A DNA stretch of 64,000 nt from Escherichia coli (GTDB taxonomy: Bacteria > Pseudomonadota > Gammaproteobacteria > Enterobacterales > Enterobacteriaceae), in assembly GCF_013315695.1 (NCBI RefSeq), contig NZ_CP054353.1. The stretch is one strand, 5' to 3'. The notes under the pieces were generated by a model, which did not search any database, had not been told where the DNA came from, and saw only the letters and a list, made by a program, of their open reading frames with translations. Of this stretch, positions 34,501-43,652 are shown piece by piece. Made by a program: the position numbers and the translations under genes. The first letter of the stretch is position 1. Each line of letters begins with the position of its first letter.

Positions 34501-35169
34501 CTATTTTTTCCCTGAAGCGGAAAACATTACTACAGTACCTTGAACCTTGGTTTTAACATTCTCGAAATGCTCTGAGAGTATATGTGTTAAGCCTTCTTCG
34601 GAATCTTTTGTGTTTGAAAAGATGCCTTTCTGATTGTAAATGCGCATCAGTTTTTGACCGAAGCTATTGTGCACAACTCCATCGCCAAGAATTGTGGCTC
34701 CGTATAGAGTTCCATCGTCAGTTAAGGCCTGCGCCGCATTGCGTATTACACAGCTTTTTGTAGATATATTTCCAGGCAGGCAGTGAAGAAGGTAAAACAT
34801 GGAAATGGAATCAAATTGACCATGTAACGCCGCGGGATAAGGTTCAAAAACATCATGGCTAATTTTATGTTTAATTTTTGATTCCCCAGCCCTTGTAGAT
34901 GCCGCGTTCAGGCTAGCTTCGTTCAAATCCATTAAAGATATCAGACTACTCTCAGGTACGTGAGTAAGGTAAAACCCAGTTCCAACACCAATATCCAGAT
35001 GGTTGTTACCTAAATGTTCCAGAAAGTGTGGAAGAAGGTGTTCCTTTGTAGGACATCCCCATGCAAGCCGATTTGATACTCCCAAAACCCACCAGTCATA
35101 AAGCTTTAGGGTAAGTGGTGTGTAAATTTTAGCCCCATCATCTGTGTTTTTTTTCATTAATTTCACCAT
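34501..35169 (-). CDS. ybcY: Class I SAM-dependent methyltransferase (YbcY-like)
   Basis: Motif I ..HLDIGVGTGFY..; low GC; same position between tfa fragments as ybcY in DLP12. Confidence 0.7.
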   Translation of the reverse strand: MVKLMKKNTDDGAKIYTPLTLKLYDWWVLGVSNRLAWGCPTKEHLLPHFLEHLGNNHLDIGVGTGFYLTHVPESSLISLMDLNEASLNAASTRAGESKIKHKISHDVFEPYPAALHGQFDSISMFYLLHCLPGNISTKSCVIRNAAQALTDDGTLYGATILGDGVVHNSFGQKLMRIYNQKGIFSNTKDSEEGLTHILSEHFENVKTKVQGTVVMFSASGKK

Positions 35170-35225
35170 GTTATAGTTTTATTTGTGAATTAAATCAATT
35201 ATGGCGATGAATTACAAGGGGTTAA

Positions 35226-35524
35226 ATGCTGCCGCAGCATAGCGATATTGAAATAGCCTGGTATGCTTCGATACAGCAGGAGCCGAATGGCTGGAAGACC
35301 GTCACCACACAGTTCTACATCCAGGAATTCAGTGAGTATATTGCGCCACTGCAGGATGCTGGGAAATCGCAACGGAGGAAGAAAGATCGTTGCTGGAGGC
35401 ATGGAATAAATATCGGGTATTGTTGAATCATGTTGATACATCAGTAGCTCTGGGTATGAAGCTGTTTGTAACTCATGTTACAGTAACAGCCATTACTATC
35501 TCGAAGGTGCAAAATGTATATTGA
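35226..35524 (+). pseudogene. Frameshifted tfa fragment (tfaX-like)
   Basis: ..[10 protein letters not shown].. in one frame, then ..[27 protein letters not shown].. in another. Confidence 0.6.
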
Positions 35525-35710
35525 TTTGATATTTTATAAATTTACTTCGAATCTGGCACGTCAACTTTTGATTAAAGTAATATCAGTTTTCGGCGAAAAA
35601 AGGACCGTGTACATGAGACGATTTCATACAAGAATAACAAAAATATGAATATGCTCCCAATGCAATATATGTTTTGCATTGGGAGCAAATAGCGGAATAT
35701 TTTGAAATTA

Positions 35711-37192
35711 TTATATTTCTGCTTCAGAATTTCCTGGGCAGTATATATTTTCTATTTTTTGTGGAGTGATCAGGTGATGTACAACTGCTTTATCTACACA
35801 TAAATTAACTCCGGTGAGAGCTAATGTATGCCCATCACCATTTATTGTTAGTAACGGGCTGGAAAATTTCTCTGCCATCTTACGGGCATTAATCCAGGGC
35901 GTTGTTGGGTCGTATTTGTGTGCTACAAACAGTAAACCAGAGGGCAGAACAGTATTTTTCAGGCGAGTTTTGTTCAGGTCGCTATGTATTGGCCATAATT
36001 CACAAAAATCAGGTGAATCGGAACGTCCATTGTCAAAGTTAATAGCCGGGAAGGCATTCGCAAGAGCGTCTTTTCGGGATTTTCGCTCTTCTGGTGTTAA
36101 TTGCTCATCCCCCTGATCTACACAGAGGATTACCCCCGAAGCATCGCTTGACTCTTCTGAGGCTATCTGAGCACTGAGCGCAGTTTCAATTTCATTACTG
36201 ACAATCCCCTGAGAGAACTGGCGTATGGCAGTTGCAAGGGTTGGCCATGATGAACGCCATAGCAGAAGGTCTGTTGTTAATGATATGAGTTCATCTGAAG
36301 ATATATTTTCTCCCTTACTGTCTAATAAAGGTTTGTGATGTAATTTTGATAATAGCTCATGGAACTGAGTTATTGCCTTATCTCTGTCTGAAGAAAGCGG
36401 GCAACTTTTTGTACGCGCACACCAGGATGCAAAGCGATCAAACGTTTCCTGATAACTCTGTGCCTGTTTGAGTTGCCATGTGAAGTTGTCCTCCAGGTCA
36501 TCGATATCGACGACTCCATCAAGAACGATAGATCTTACGTTGTAGGGAAAACGTTCTGCATATAAGGCTGCAATTTGAGTTCCATACGAATACGCCACGG
36601 CTGTCAGTTGTTTATCCCCCAAGGCTTGCCTAATACGATCAATATCGTATACAGCCTCGTTAGAGCCGATATGGCGAATGACTTCGGCTCCGGTATTATG
36701 GATACAGGCATTAATTTTATTTAATACTTGTTGCTTTTCGGTTATGTTTTCCTGAGTCTCTGTATCTGATTGCCGGCAGTTTATTGTCGGAGTGGACTGT
36801 CCGACGCCTCGAGGATCAAATCCAATAATATCCCATGACTCACGAAGATTTGTGACTGGCCAGTCAAAGTTAATATAAGGATTTATGCCTGGTAACCCGG
36901 GACCACCACTTATTATCAGGATACTTCCTTTATGCTTGCTTTTTGCCGGCAATTTTGTCAACGCTAGTTTGACTTGTGATTTTTTTTCATAAGAAGCATC
37001 TCCGCCTGTGTCTGTATATTTTAATGGAACAGACAAATAACCACATAGTAAGTCAGGAGACGGTTTTTCCTCACCAAACCAGTGGTTGAATTGACTGGCC
37101 ATACAGGATTGCCACTGTATCTGCTGGGCAGATACGGTTACTGGTAGAAGTAACGTTAAAACAACTTTGAAATGAGTAATTATTTTTCGCAT
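35711..37192 (-). CDS. Secreted alpha/beta hydrolase (S33 / TAP-like peptidase family)
   Basis: Signal peptide MRKIITHFKVVLTLLLPVTVSA; nucleophile elbow AYSYGT; C-terminal ..TINGDGHTLALTG..; low GC. Confidence 0.7.
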   Translation of the reverse strand: MRKIITHFKVVLTLLLPVTVSAQQIQWQSCMASQFNHWFGEEKPSPDLLCGYLSVPLKYTDTGGDASYEKKSQVKLALTKLPAKSKHKGSILIISGGPGLPGINPYINFDWPVTNLRESWDIIGFDPRGVGQSTPTINCRQSDTETQENITEKQQVLNKINACIHNTGAEVIRHIGSNEAVYDIDRIRQALGDKQLTAVAYSYGTQIAALYAERFPYNVRSIVLDGVVDIDDLEDNFTWQLKQAQSYQETFDRFASWCARTKSCPLSSDRDKAITQFHELLSKLHHKPLLDSKGENISSDELISLTTDLLLWRSSWPTLATAIRQFSQGIVSNEIETALSAQIASEESSDASGVILCVDQGDEQLTPEERKSRKDALANAFPAINFDNGRSDSPDFCELWPIHSDLNKTRLKNTVLPSGLLFVAHKYDPTTPWINARKMAEKFSSPLLTINGDGHTLALTGVNLCVDKAVVHHLITPQKIENIYCPGNSEAEI

Positions 37193-37378
37193 TGTGTCTC
37201 TGAATATCGGAATAAAGATAAGATTTGAATATATTGAGGTCTTGTGTTGCGGTAAGAGATTACACGTTATGACATAGGTTAAATGCTTACAAAATTAGTG
37301 GATATTGTCTACTTGTAACTGTAAACAAATTCCCCGGGGTTATACAATACCACCGGGGAGAAAATCTGGTTAACTTCG

Positions 37379-38332
37379 TTAAAAGGTGTACTTAAGACCA
37401 GCAGTAGTGATGAAGTTATAGTTTTCTATGCCTGCACCATTTTTGCTGTAGTCTGAAGTGTTATCATTGTGATCATAAAGTGAAGTATTACCTTTTTTAT
37501 TCGTAACCCGATTCCATGCGCCTTCAACATAAACTTTTGCGTTAGGTGTTACGTAATAACCTGCATTGACTGCAACAGAATAGTAATTTTGGTCTTTGAC
37601 TTTACTGCGATAAGTGATTCTTTTTCCTGGGTCATAGTGCTCATCGTTATCAGATGCTTCCACCCAGCCGCTGTATTTAAATGTGCCACCTAGCTCAAAA
37701 TCTTCATAACGATAACTTCCAGTCAAGCCAATGTAGGGCATTTTAAAACGTTGTTTGTAGCCGATTGCTCTTTCTCCATTCGGGAAGGAGCCGATATCAT
37801 CTCTGAATCCCTCCTCAGAACTGTAGATATAGGAACCACCTCTGGCTGTAAAGCTATAACGGCTTTCCTGATATCCGGCCATGAGTCCCAGGCGGTAATT
37901 GGGTTCGTTGAGGAGCCAGCCTTTGATATTCAGATCAAATTCGTTGGCATAATTGAGTTGTGTATCAGGGTGCCTACTTTCATCTGTCCAGGTTCCGGGG
38001 TTACTGGAATCCATCCAGTCCTGATCGACCATATTGCCACCTCGGCTGCCGAGAGTAGTCCAGCCCGCAGCCCCAATAGATATCTGGGGCATCAAATCCC
38101 AATTAATTGCACCTTTAATAATTGCAGCGTTATTGAATTTCCAGTCGAGTTGACTGACTTTTCGGCCTCCTTCTTCAGCTAGATAAACGCGCTCTTTTGT
38201 TTTTCCGCTCAGAGTTCCAAGACTAATGTCCGCATTTATGTTGTCAGGAGTAAACGATATAGTCTCGGTAGAAGCAAAAGAGCTGATCGCAATAGGGGTT
38301 GTCAGGACTATTCCCAGAAGTTTCGCCCGCAT
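37379..38332 (-). CDS. ompT: Omptin outer-membrane protease OmpT
   Basis: 317 aa, MRAKLLGIVLTTPIAISSFA...TAGLKYTF. Confidence 0.9.
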   Translation of the reverse strand: MRAKLLGIVLTTPIAISSFASTETISFTPDNINADISLGTLSGKTKERVYLAEEGGRKVSQLDWKFNNAAIIKGAINWDLMPQISIGAAGWTTLGSRGGNMVDQDWMDSSNPGTWTDESRHPDTQLNYANEFDLNIKGWLLNEPNYRLGLMAGYQESRYSFTARGGSYIYSSEEGFRDDIGSFPNGERAIGYKQRFKMPYIGLTGSYRYEDFELGGTFKYSGWVEASDNDEHYDPGKRITYRSKVKDQNYYSVAVNAGYYVTPNAKVYVEGAWNRVTNKKGNTSLYDHNDNTSDYSKNGAGIENYNFITTAGLKYTF

Positions 38333-38753
38333 AAAAGTTCTCCATTCAATCGTTTTAATGATTGAATATGTATTTTTTATATCTAACTTAATGAGTCAAT
38401 TACATATTGCTCCACTGTTTATATTTTGTTTAGTATTGAATGATTATCACAATGCGCTATCTGTTTTTGGTTTAATTATCTGTTATTGTTTTATGTTGCG
38501 GTTTTACTGTGTGGTTTTTTATGCTTTTGTGGTGTTTTTATCTATTTAAGCGCCATGCCTTTAGAGGCATATAAGCGAAAATAGCATGAGGTTTATCCTC
38601 AATTGCTATGTTTTTTGGTACAAAAAAGAGGGACAAAACTGAGACACATAAGGCCTCACAATGGCTTGCAAGGCTTTACATGTTTTGAGGTAGTGGGACG
38701 TGTGAGCGCAGAGATGGCGCGGTAAGTTGTTGACTTAAAATGTCGTTCTAGGA

Positions 38754-38800
38754 ACTTCTAAGTCGTGGGCCGCAGGTTCGAATCCTGCAGGGCGCGCCAT
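38754..38800 (+). repeat. attR core: 47-bp partial copy of the argU 3' end
   Basis: Identical to 2070-2116; flanking sequence differs on both sides. Confidence 0.85.
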
Positions 38801-38844
38801 TTCTTCTTCATTTATCCCCGTCTTATCCGTTTCCGCTTTGCCCT

Positions 38845-39606
38845 TCACCACATCACTTTTTGTCGCTGTTTGGCGAGATAATTCAACGGTGTCAGGCCGT
38901 AAAACGCCTTAAAAACAGAGATAAAGTACGACGTGCTGCTATAGCCACATAATTGCGCTACCTGAGTGATATTTTTGTTATCCATCAATAACATCTGTAC
39001 GGCGTAACGCATACGACACTCTGTGACAATCTGGCTATAGCTGGTATTTTCGTTTTTTAATTTCTTTTTGAGCAGGCTGGGGCTTAAACATAGCGAACTG
39101 GCGACAATTCGCAGATTCCAGTAATGCTGAATATCGCTTTGAATAATGCGGCAGACGCTGTCGCGGACGCTGCTGCGTAAGATATACATCAGTAGGGCAA
39201 TAAACCGCGATTGCTCAAGAAAGTTAGACAATACGGTAAAAAGCAATGCGCGCGTCAACTCCGCTTCGCAGGGTTTGCTGGGTTGCTGCTTGCTGTGGTT
39301 GGCGGCTAGCCGGAACACTTCCGGTGTACGGCTATGACAAGCGATAACCGGGGTTGCCAGCCGCGACCAGGGCTTTATACAGGTTAAGTTCTTATTTAAA
39401 AACAACAGATAATCGTTGATGATGTTACGGTTGATGTGGGTGATTAATACGTGATTTAACGTTGAGAGTTCAATGACGTTATTGTTGCACGCGAAGGCGG
39501 CCAGGTAGTTTTTCGGAAGGGTAAACGTAGCATGGTTATTGACGCTTACCTCTACCTCTTTTTCGGTCAGGATCACCACGCAAGGTTCACTGCTGCTCAA
39601 TTGCAT
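38845..39606 (-). CDS. envY: AraC-family transcriptional regulator EnvY
   Basis: 253 aa with C-terminal AraC-type HTH. Confidence 0.85.
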   Translation of the reverse strand: MQLSSSEPCVVILTEKEVEVSVNNHATFTLPKNYLAAFACNNNVIELSTLNHVLITHINRNIINDYLLFLNKNLTCIKPWSRLATPVIACHSRTPEVFRLAANHSKQQPSKPCEAELTRALLFTVLSNFLEQSRFIALLMYILRSSVRDSVCRIIQSDIQHYWNLRIVASSLCLSPSLLKKKLKNENTSYSQIVTECRMRYAVQMLLMDNKNITQVAQLCGYSSTSYFISVFKAFYGLTPLNYLAKQRQKVMW

Positions 39607-39788
39607 TTCGCACTCCTCAGATATCAGAAACTCCGCTCAAAGGATCTATGCTTCCTGCATGAGTGATCGGCCCGTTCGCCGATAACGATCTTCTTTCTTT
39701 AGCACGCTTTTTAGCAATTAATCTTGATGGAATTCTGACGAGAGCGAAAGAGGTAAGCCAGGTCGTACCCGACTTACCTGGAGGAGAT

Positions 39789-40679
39789 TTAATACTCGAG
39801 AATGCCGTGCGCGACGGGCAAATAGCGCAGAGAGAAATAGAGCGTGTCTTTACCGCAAGAGGAACGTTTCGCTAACAGCGAGGCAATTTCTGCGTCCGGT
39901 TTCGGTTTCGCTGTAAAGGTTTTGCCTTTGCCGGCGACAAACAGTTCATAAACAATGCCGCTTGCTGGGGCGGAGCTTTGGCAATCGGCGCTGGCCTGTA
40001 GATAACGTTCACGCTGTTCAGCGGTCAGTTTATCCACGCCGCTGCCATCCTGTACCCAGACATTAACGCCGGTTGCTTTAACGTGTTCCAGCAGTTGGCG
40101 ATAGCCATCGGGCGACATGTTTCCGGCGAAAAAACTACTGATATAAACCGGTTTTGCTGAAACATCGCTAATCAACCGCTGCGCGTTGTTTAACCATGTT
40201 AGCAAAGGCTGACGGGCGGCTTCGCTGCGCCAGTTCAGGTCGTCAATTTCCGCGCTGATGTACCAGCCATCCGGCGTTACGCCAGGTACGGCGCTCCATA
40301 ATCTGGCTTGCTGGAGATCGGCAGCCAGCAGGCGGTTAAGATAGCTTTCCAGCGCTGCAGACGACTGTTTCTGGTGCATAAAAAATTCCGGATCGGCATT
40401 CAGCCCGACAATCAGCTTCAGGCCAGCCTGTTGCGCAGCTGCGGCACGCTTAAACAATAACGCGCGCTGTTCTGGCTGGGTGAATGCATCGCCGTAACGA
40501 GTCCATTGCAAAACCAGGGTATCGAAGCCTTGCAAACGTAACTGACTCATCAGCCCCTGCCACTGGGTATCGGTAACCTGACTATCACGGTTTTGTGGTT
40601 GCCAGATAATACCTTTCATCGCAAAGGAAAAAGGGCTGACCAAAAGCAGTGTCAGCAATACGAAAATGAACTTACGCAT
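39789..40679 (-). CDS. ybcH: DUF4434-family periplasmic protein YbcH
   Basis: 296 aa with signal peptide; upstream of nfrA. Confidence 0.8.
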   Translation of the reverse strand: MRKFIFVLLTLLLVSPFSFAMKGIIWQPQNRDSQVTDTQWQGLMSQLRLQGFDTLVLQWTRYGDAFTQPEQRALLFKRAAAAQQAGLKLIVGLNADPEFFMHQKQSSAALESYLNRLLAADLQQARLWSAVPGVTPDGWYISAEIDDLNWRSEAARQPLLTWLNNAQRLISDVSAKPVYISSFFAGNMSPDGYRQLLEHVKATGVNVWVQDGSGVDKLTAEQRERYLQASADCQSSAPASGIVYELFVAGKGKTFTAKPKPDAEIASLLAKRSSCGKDTLYFSLRYLPVAHGILEY

Positions 40680-43652
40680 TTACCAGTGCACTCCAATGGT
40701 GAGAAACGCGTTGTTGCGCTCTCCGTTACGTTGATTAATCGCCTTAAAGGTATGTTGATACTCGACGCCGAGACTGACTTTGTGCGGCCAGGCGTCGTAG
40801 TGCGTCTCGCCGGTCCAGATATTCCAGCGGACCCCGACTCCGCCAAGCTGCGCGCCCTGAGTGCCTTTATCACGATAGCCGTTGTCCTGAACGTGAGCGT
40901 AAGGCTCAATAGTCTGTCCGTTAGCCACCTTCTGATGCCAGCTGACGCGATAATCTGCCGTCCACGCCTGAATATCCTGGCGGACATATTGCGCCGCATC
41001 GAGGTACAGGTTTTGGGCAAACCAGCCTGAACCGTTCGGGTGCCATTCGTCGCTGTATTTGCCGCCATTAAAGAATGAGGCGCTGGCGCGCAGCATGGTA
41101 TCGGATGCGCCATTTTGGCCGTTCAGCGGCAACTGCTGTTCGACGGCGAGGAAAAAGATCTGATCGCGCAGCGGCTTCCAGCGCAGACCGGTGCCGGACA
41201 TCGGATTTTTCACCGGCATCATCACCCCGTTTTCACCGGTATCGGCAAATACACGGCTGTAAACCGAGAGCAGGTCGCCTTCCAGCAGCATATTGCGTCC
41301 GATGCGGTACTCGGCTTCCAGTTGCCCGTAGCTACGATAGCTTTTCCCTGGCGCTGCGCCGCCGACATTATTGTTAGCGGTACTCATTGCGCCGGAACGC
41401 AAGCCGATAGAAGAATCGAAACTGAACGTCCAGCGGCGACCGACCTCCTCATGCAGACGGCGGAAATTGAAGCGTTGCTGATTTTGCTCTGGGGTCAGTG
41501 GGGTTATCAGCGCCTGATTATCAATGTCATCAATCACCAGCCGGGCGTAGTGCTGCGTCGCAGGCATGTCATCCAGACGCTGGTTCACGTAGGCCAGTTG
41601 TCGGATAAGTGCCGGATCGTCCGGTAGCCCTTTATGCGCCTGTTCGAGCATTTTCCGCGACTGTGCGATATCACCGCTATCCCACAAGGCGTAACCGAGC
41701 GCTGCCTGGGTGTTGCTATTATTCGGTTCCAGTTCCAGCGCGGCGCGCAAATCACTCACCGCCGCCGGGACATTATGACGTTGGCGATAAATTGTCGCCC
41801 GCGCAACGTAAGCGTTGGCAGAAGGCGCAATATTGATTGAGCGCGTGAGATCGTTCAGTGCGAGTTCCGGCTGACCAGGAATGTAACGTTGCGCATGCAG
41901 CCACCTGTAGAGGGCATTGTTTCCCAGCCCACGTTGTTCTGCCTGCTGAAGCCAGCGATCGCGAGCCGCACCATTTCCTGCCGCCTGGGCGGTATTGGCA
42001 GCAGCAAGCAGATCCTCATTGCTCATGTCGTGAAGACTGATTTTCTGCCAGGCCGCCAGTGCGGTGGCGTAGTCCTCAACCTGATACGCCTGATAGGCTA
42101 CCGCACGATGTTGCCAGGCGTTCGGTTGTCGTTGTTCGGCCTGAAGCCATGCATACAACGCCACACCGGGTAGCGTGTCCCGATAACACTTTGCCAGACG
42201 GTTCCAGGCGGCGGCATCGTAGGAAGGCGACATATCGCCCAGCAAGCGAACTATTGCCGGGCAATTATCTGCAATACCCGGCAACTGACTTTGCCACTGA
42301 CGTTGCTCCGCCAGCGGTAAGGGTTTCGATAAAATCGCCACCTTCGCCGGCGTTGCCAGGTAAGGATGACTTTCCAGCAGAGACGCCAGTTGCGCCATTA
42401 ACGTCTGGCTGACACGCGCATCGCCCTGGAAAGGATAGCGTTGCAGCAATAAATCGGCAGCTTCGCGTGACTGCTCGTTCTGCATCAGTTGCCAGGTCAG
42501 TTGATCCAGGCGGGTAAGATTTGCCGGTTCTTGCTGATACAGCAATCGTGCCAGACGCAGAGCTTCAGCCTTGTTATGGGTCGCTACGCTAACGGTATAA
42601 CGCTCCTCAAGCATTTCATTGGCGGGGAGGGTGGCGAGCAGTTTTTGCGCTGCGTCGTACTGACCTTCTTTTAACAGCACCGGTAGCGTCGCGCCAACAA
42701 CATACTGGCGGTTATCGGCAAACTGTACCGTATAATTCGCCAACGCCTGAACGGGGTTGACGCTGTATTTAGATAACAGATAGAGCCAACTTTTCTCTTG
42801 TGCGTCCGTGGTAAACAGCGGCTTATTTTCAATGAGATAACGCTGGAGGCGTGCTTTTTCGCCACGATAAGCCAGCGCGGTCGCGTAAGTAATATATGAC
42901 TGCGGATCGGTGAAGATCCCCTGTGATTGCAGCGCCAGGATCCGATCGTCCAGCTGCCCGGCAAGAAGCACATCAAACCACTGGCGGCGTTCTGCCGCGC
43001 TTAATGTGTTCTGCTGGCGTGCTTCATTGTATAGCGTATCTGCCTGGGACCATTGTTTCAGGTAGATTGCGCGTTGCAGCAGATCGGTTCGCAGCGTTTT
43101 TCCTTCCGGCGATGCAGCAAACGTCGCATCGTTTAGTTGCGCTCTGGCGACAGGTAATTGTGCCAGCCGCAGGGCATTCTGCCCGACTTCACTGCGACAA
43201 CGCAGGGTCGGCGCAGCATCGCACGCTTTTTGCTGGGCAAGCAGTTCTTCAACAGTCGTAACGCTTTTCACTTCAACTGGAATAGCCGCCAGACTGCGCT
43301 CAAGCCGGTCATCTCCTGGGTGACGTTTCAGTTGATCCTCAAGCAACAGCCGCGCCCGGTCATCATGACCAAAATGGCGATAGGCTTCCGCAAGGTATAA
43401 AGTTAGTGGAATATTATCCGGCACCTGTTGGTGTATATATTCAAATTCGCGGATGGCGGTTGCTTCGTCGTTATTTTTCTGTGCCTTCAGCGCCTTGTCG
43501 AGACGGGGATAAATAACGAAATGGCGATAATCGCTCAGCCCCAGCTCTTCTGCGCTGGTGCCGATATTGTCTGCGAGTGCGCTGGTACTCAATAAAGACG
43601 TCAGCAGTAAACCAGACCATCCGATGACGCGATTAAGGTTATTCTCCTTCAT
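40680..43652 (-). CDS. nfrA: Phage N4 adsorption outer-membrane protein NfrA (TPR plus barrel)
   Basis: Start MKENNLNRVIGWSGLLLTSLLSTSALA inside ORF 40680-43673; TPR repeats. Confidence 0.85.
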   Translation of the reverse strand: MKENNLNRVIGWSGLLLTSLLSTSALADNIGTSAEELGLSDYRHFVIYPRLDKALKAQKNNDEATAIREFEYIHQQVPDNIPLTLYLAEAYRHFGHDDRARLLLEDQLKRHPGDDRLERSLAAIPVEVKSVTTVEELLAQQKACDAAPTLRCRSEVGQNALRLAQLPVARAQLNDATFAASPEGKTLRTDLLQRAIYLKQWSQADTLYNEARQQNTLSAAERRQWFDVLLAGQLDDRILALQSQGIFTDPQSYITYATALAYRGEKARLQRYLIENKPLFTTDAQEKSWLYLLSKYSVNPVQALANYTVQFADNRQYVVGATLPVLLKEGQYDAAQKLLATLPANEMLEERYTVSVATHNKAEALRLARLLYQQEPANLTRLDQLTWQLMQNEQSREAADLLLQRYPFQGDARVSQTLMAQLASLLESHPYLATPAKVAILSKPLPLAEQRQWQSQLPGIADNCPAIVRLLGDMSPSYDAAAWNRLAKCYRDTLPGVALYAWLQAEQRQPNAWQHRAVAYQAYQVEDYATALAAWQKISLHDMSNEDLLAAANTAQAAGNGAARDRWLQQAEQRGLGNNALYRWLHAQRYIPGQPELALNDLTRSINIAPSANAYVARATIYRQRHNVPAAVSDLRAALELEPNNSNTQAALGYALWDSGDIAQSRKMLEQAHKGLPDDPALIRQLAYVNQRLDDMPATQHYARLVIDDIDNQALITPLTPEQNQQRFNFRRLHEEVGRRWTFSFDSSIGLRSGAMSTANNNVGGAAPGKSYRSYGQLEAEYRIGRNMLLEGDLLSVYSRVFADTGENGVMMPVKNPMSGTGLRWKPLRDQIFFLAVEQQLPLNGQNGASDTMLRASASFFNGGKYSDEWHPNGSGWFAQNLYLDAAQYVRQDIQAWTADYRVSWHQKVANGQTIEPYAHVQDNGYRDKGTQGAQLGGVGVRWNIWTGETHYDAWPHKVSLGVEYQHTFKAINQRNGERNNAFLTIGVHW

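Noticed and set aside
30615-35524. Possible invertible tail-fibre segment (Mu G / P1 C type) or diversity-generating retroelement
   Set aside because: The tfa fragments are direct, not inverted, repeats; no invertase gene and no reverse transcriptase or template repeat is present.
39663-39875. 70-aa ORF in the envY-ybcH intergenic region
   Set aside because: Overlaps the ybcH 3' end on the opposite strand, with no RBS or recognisable motif.
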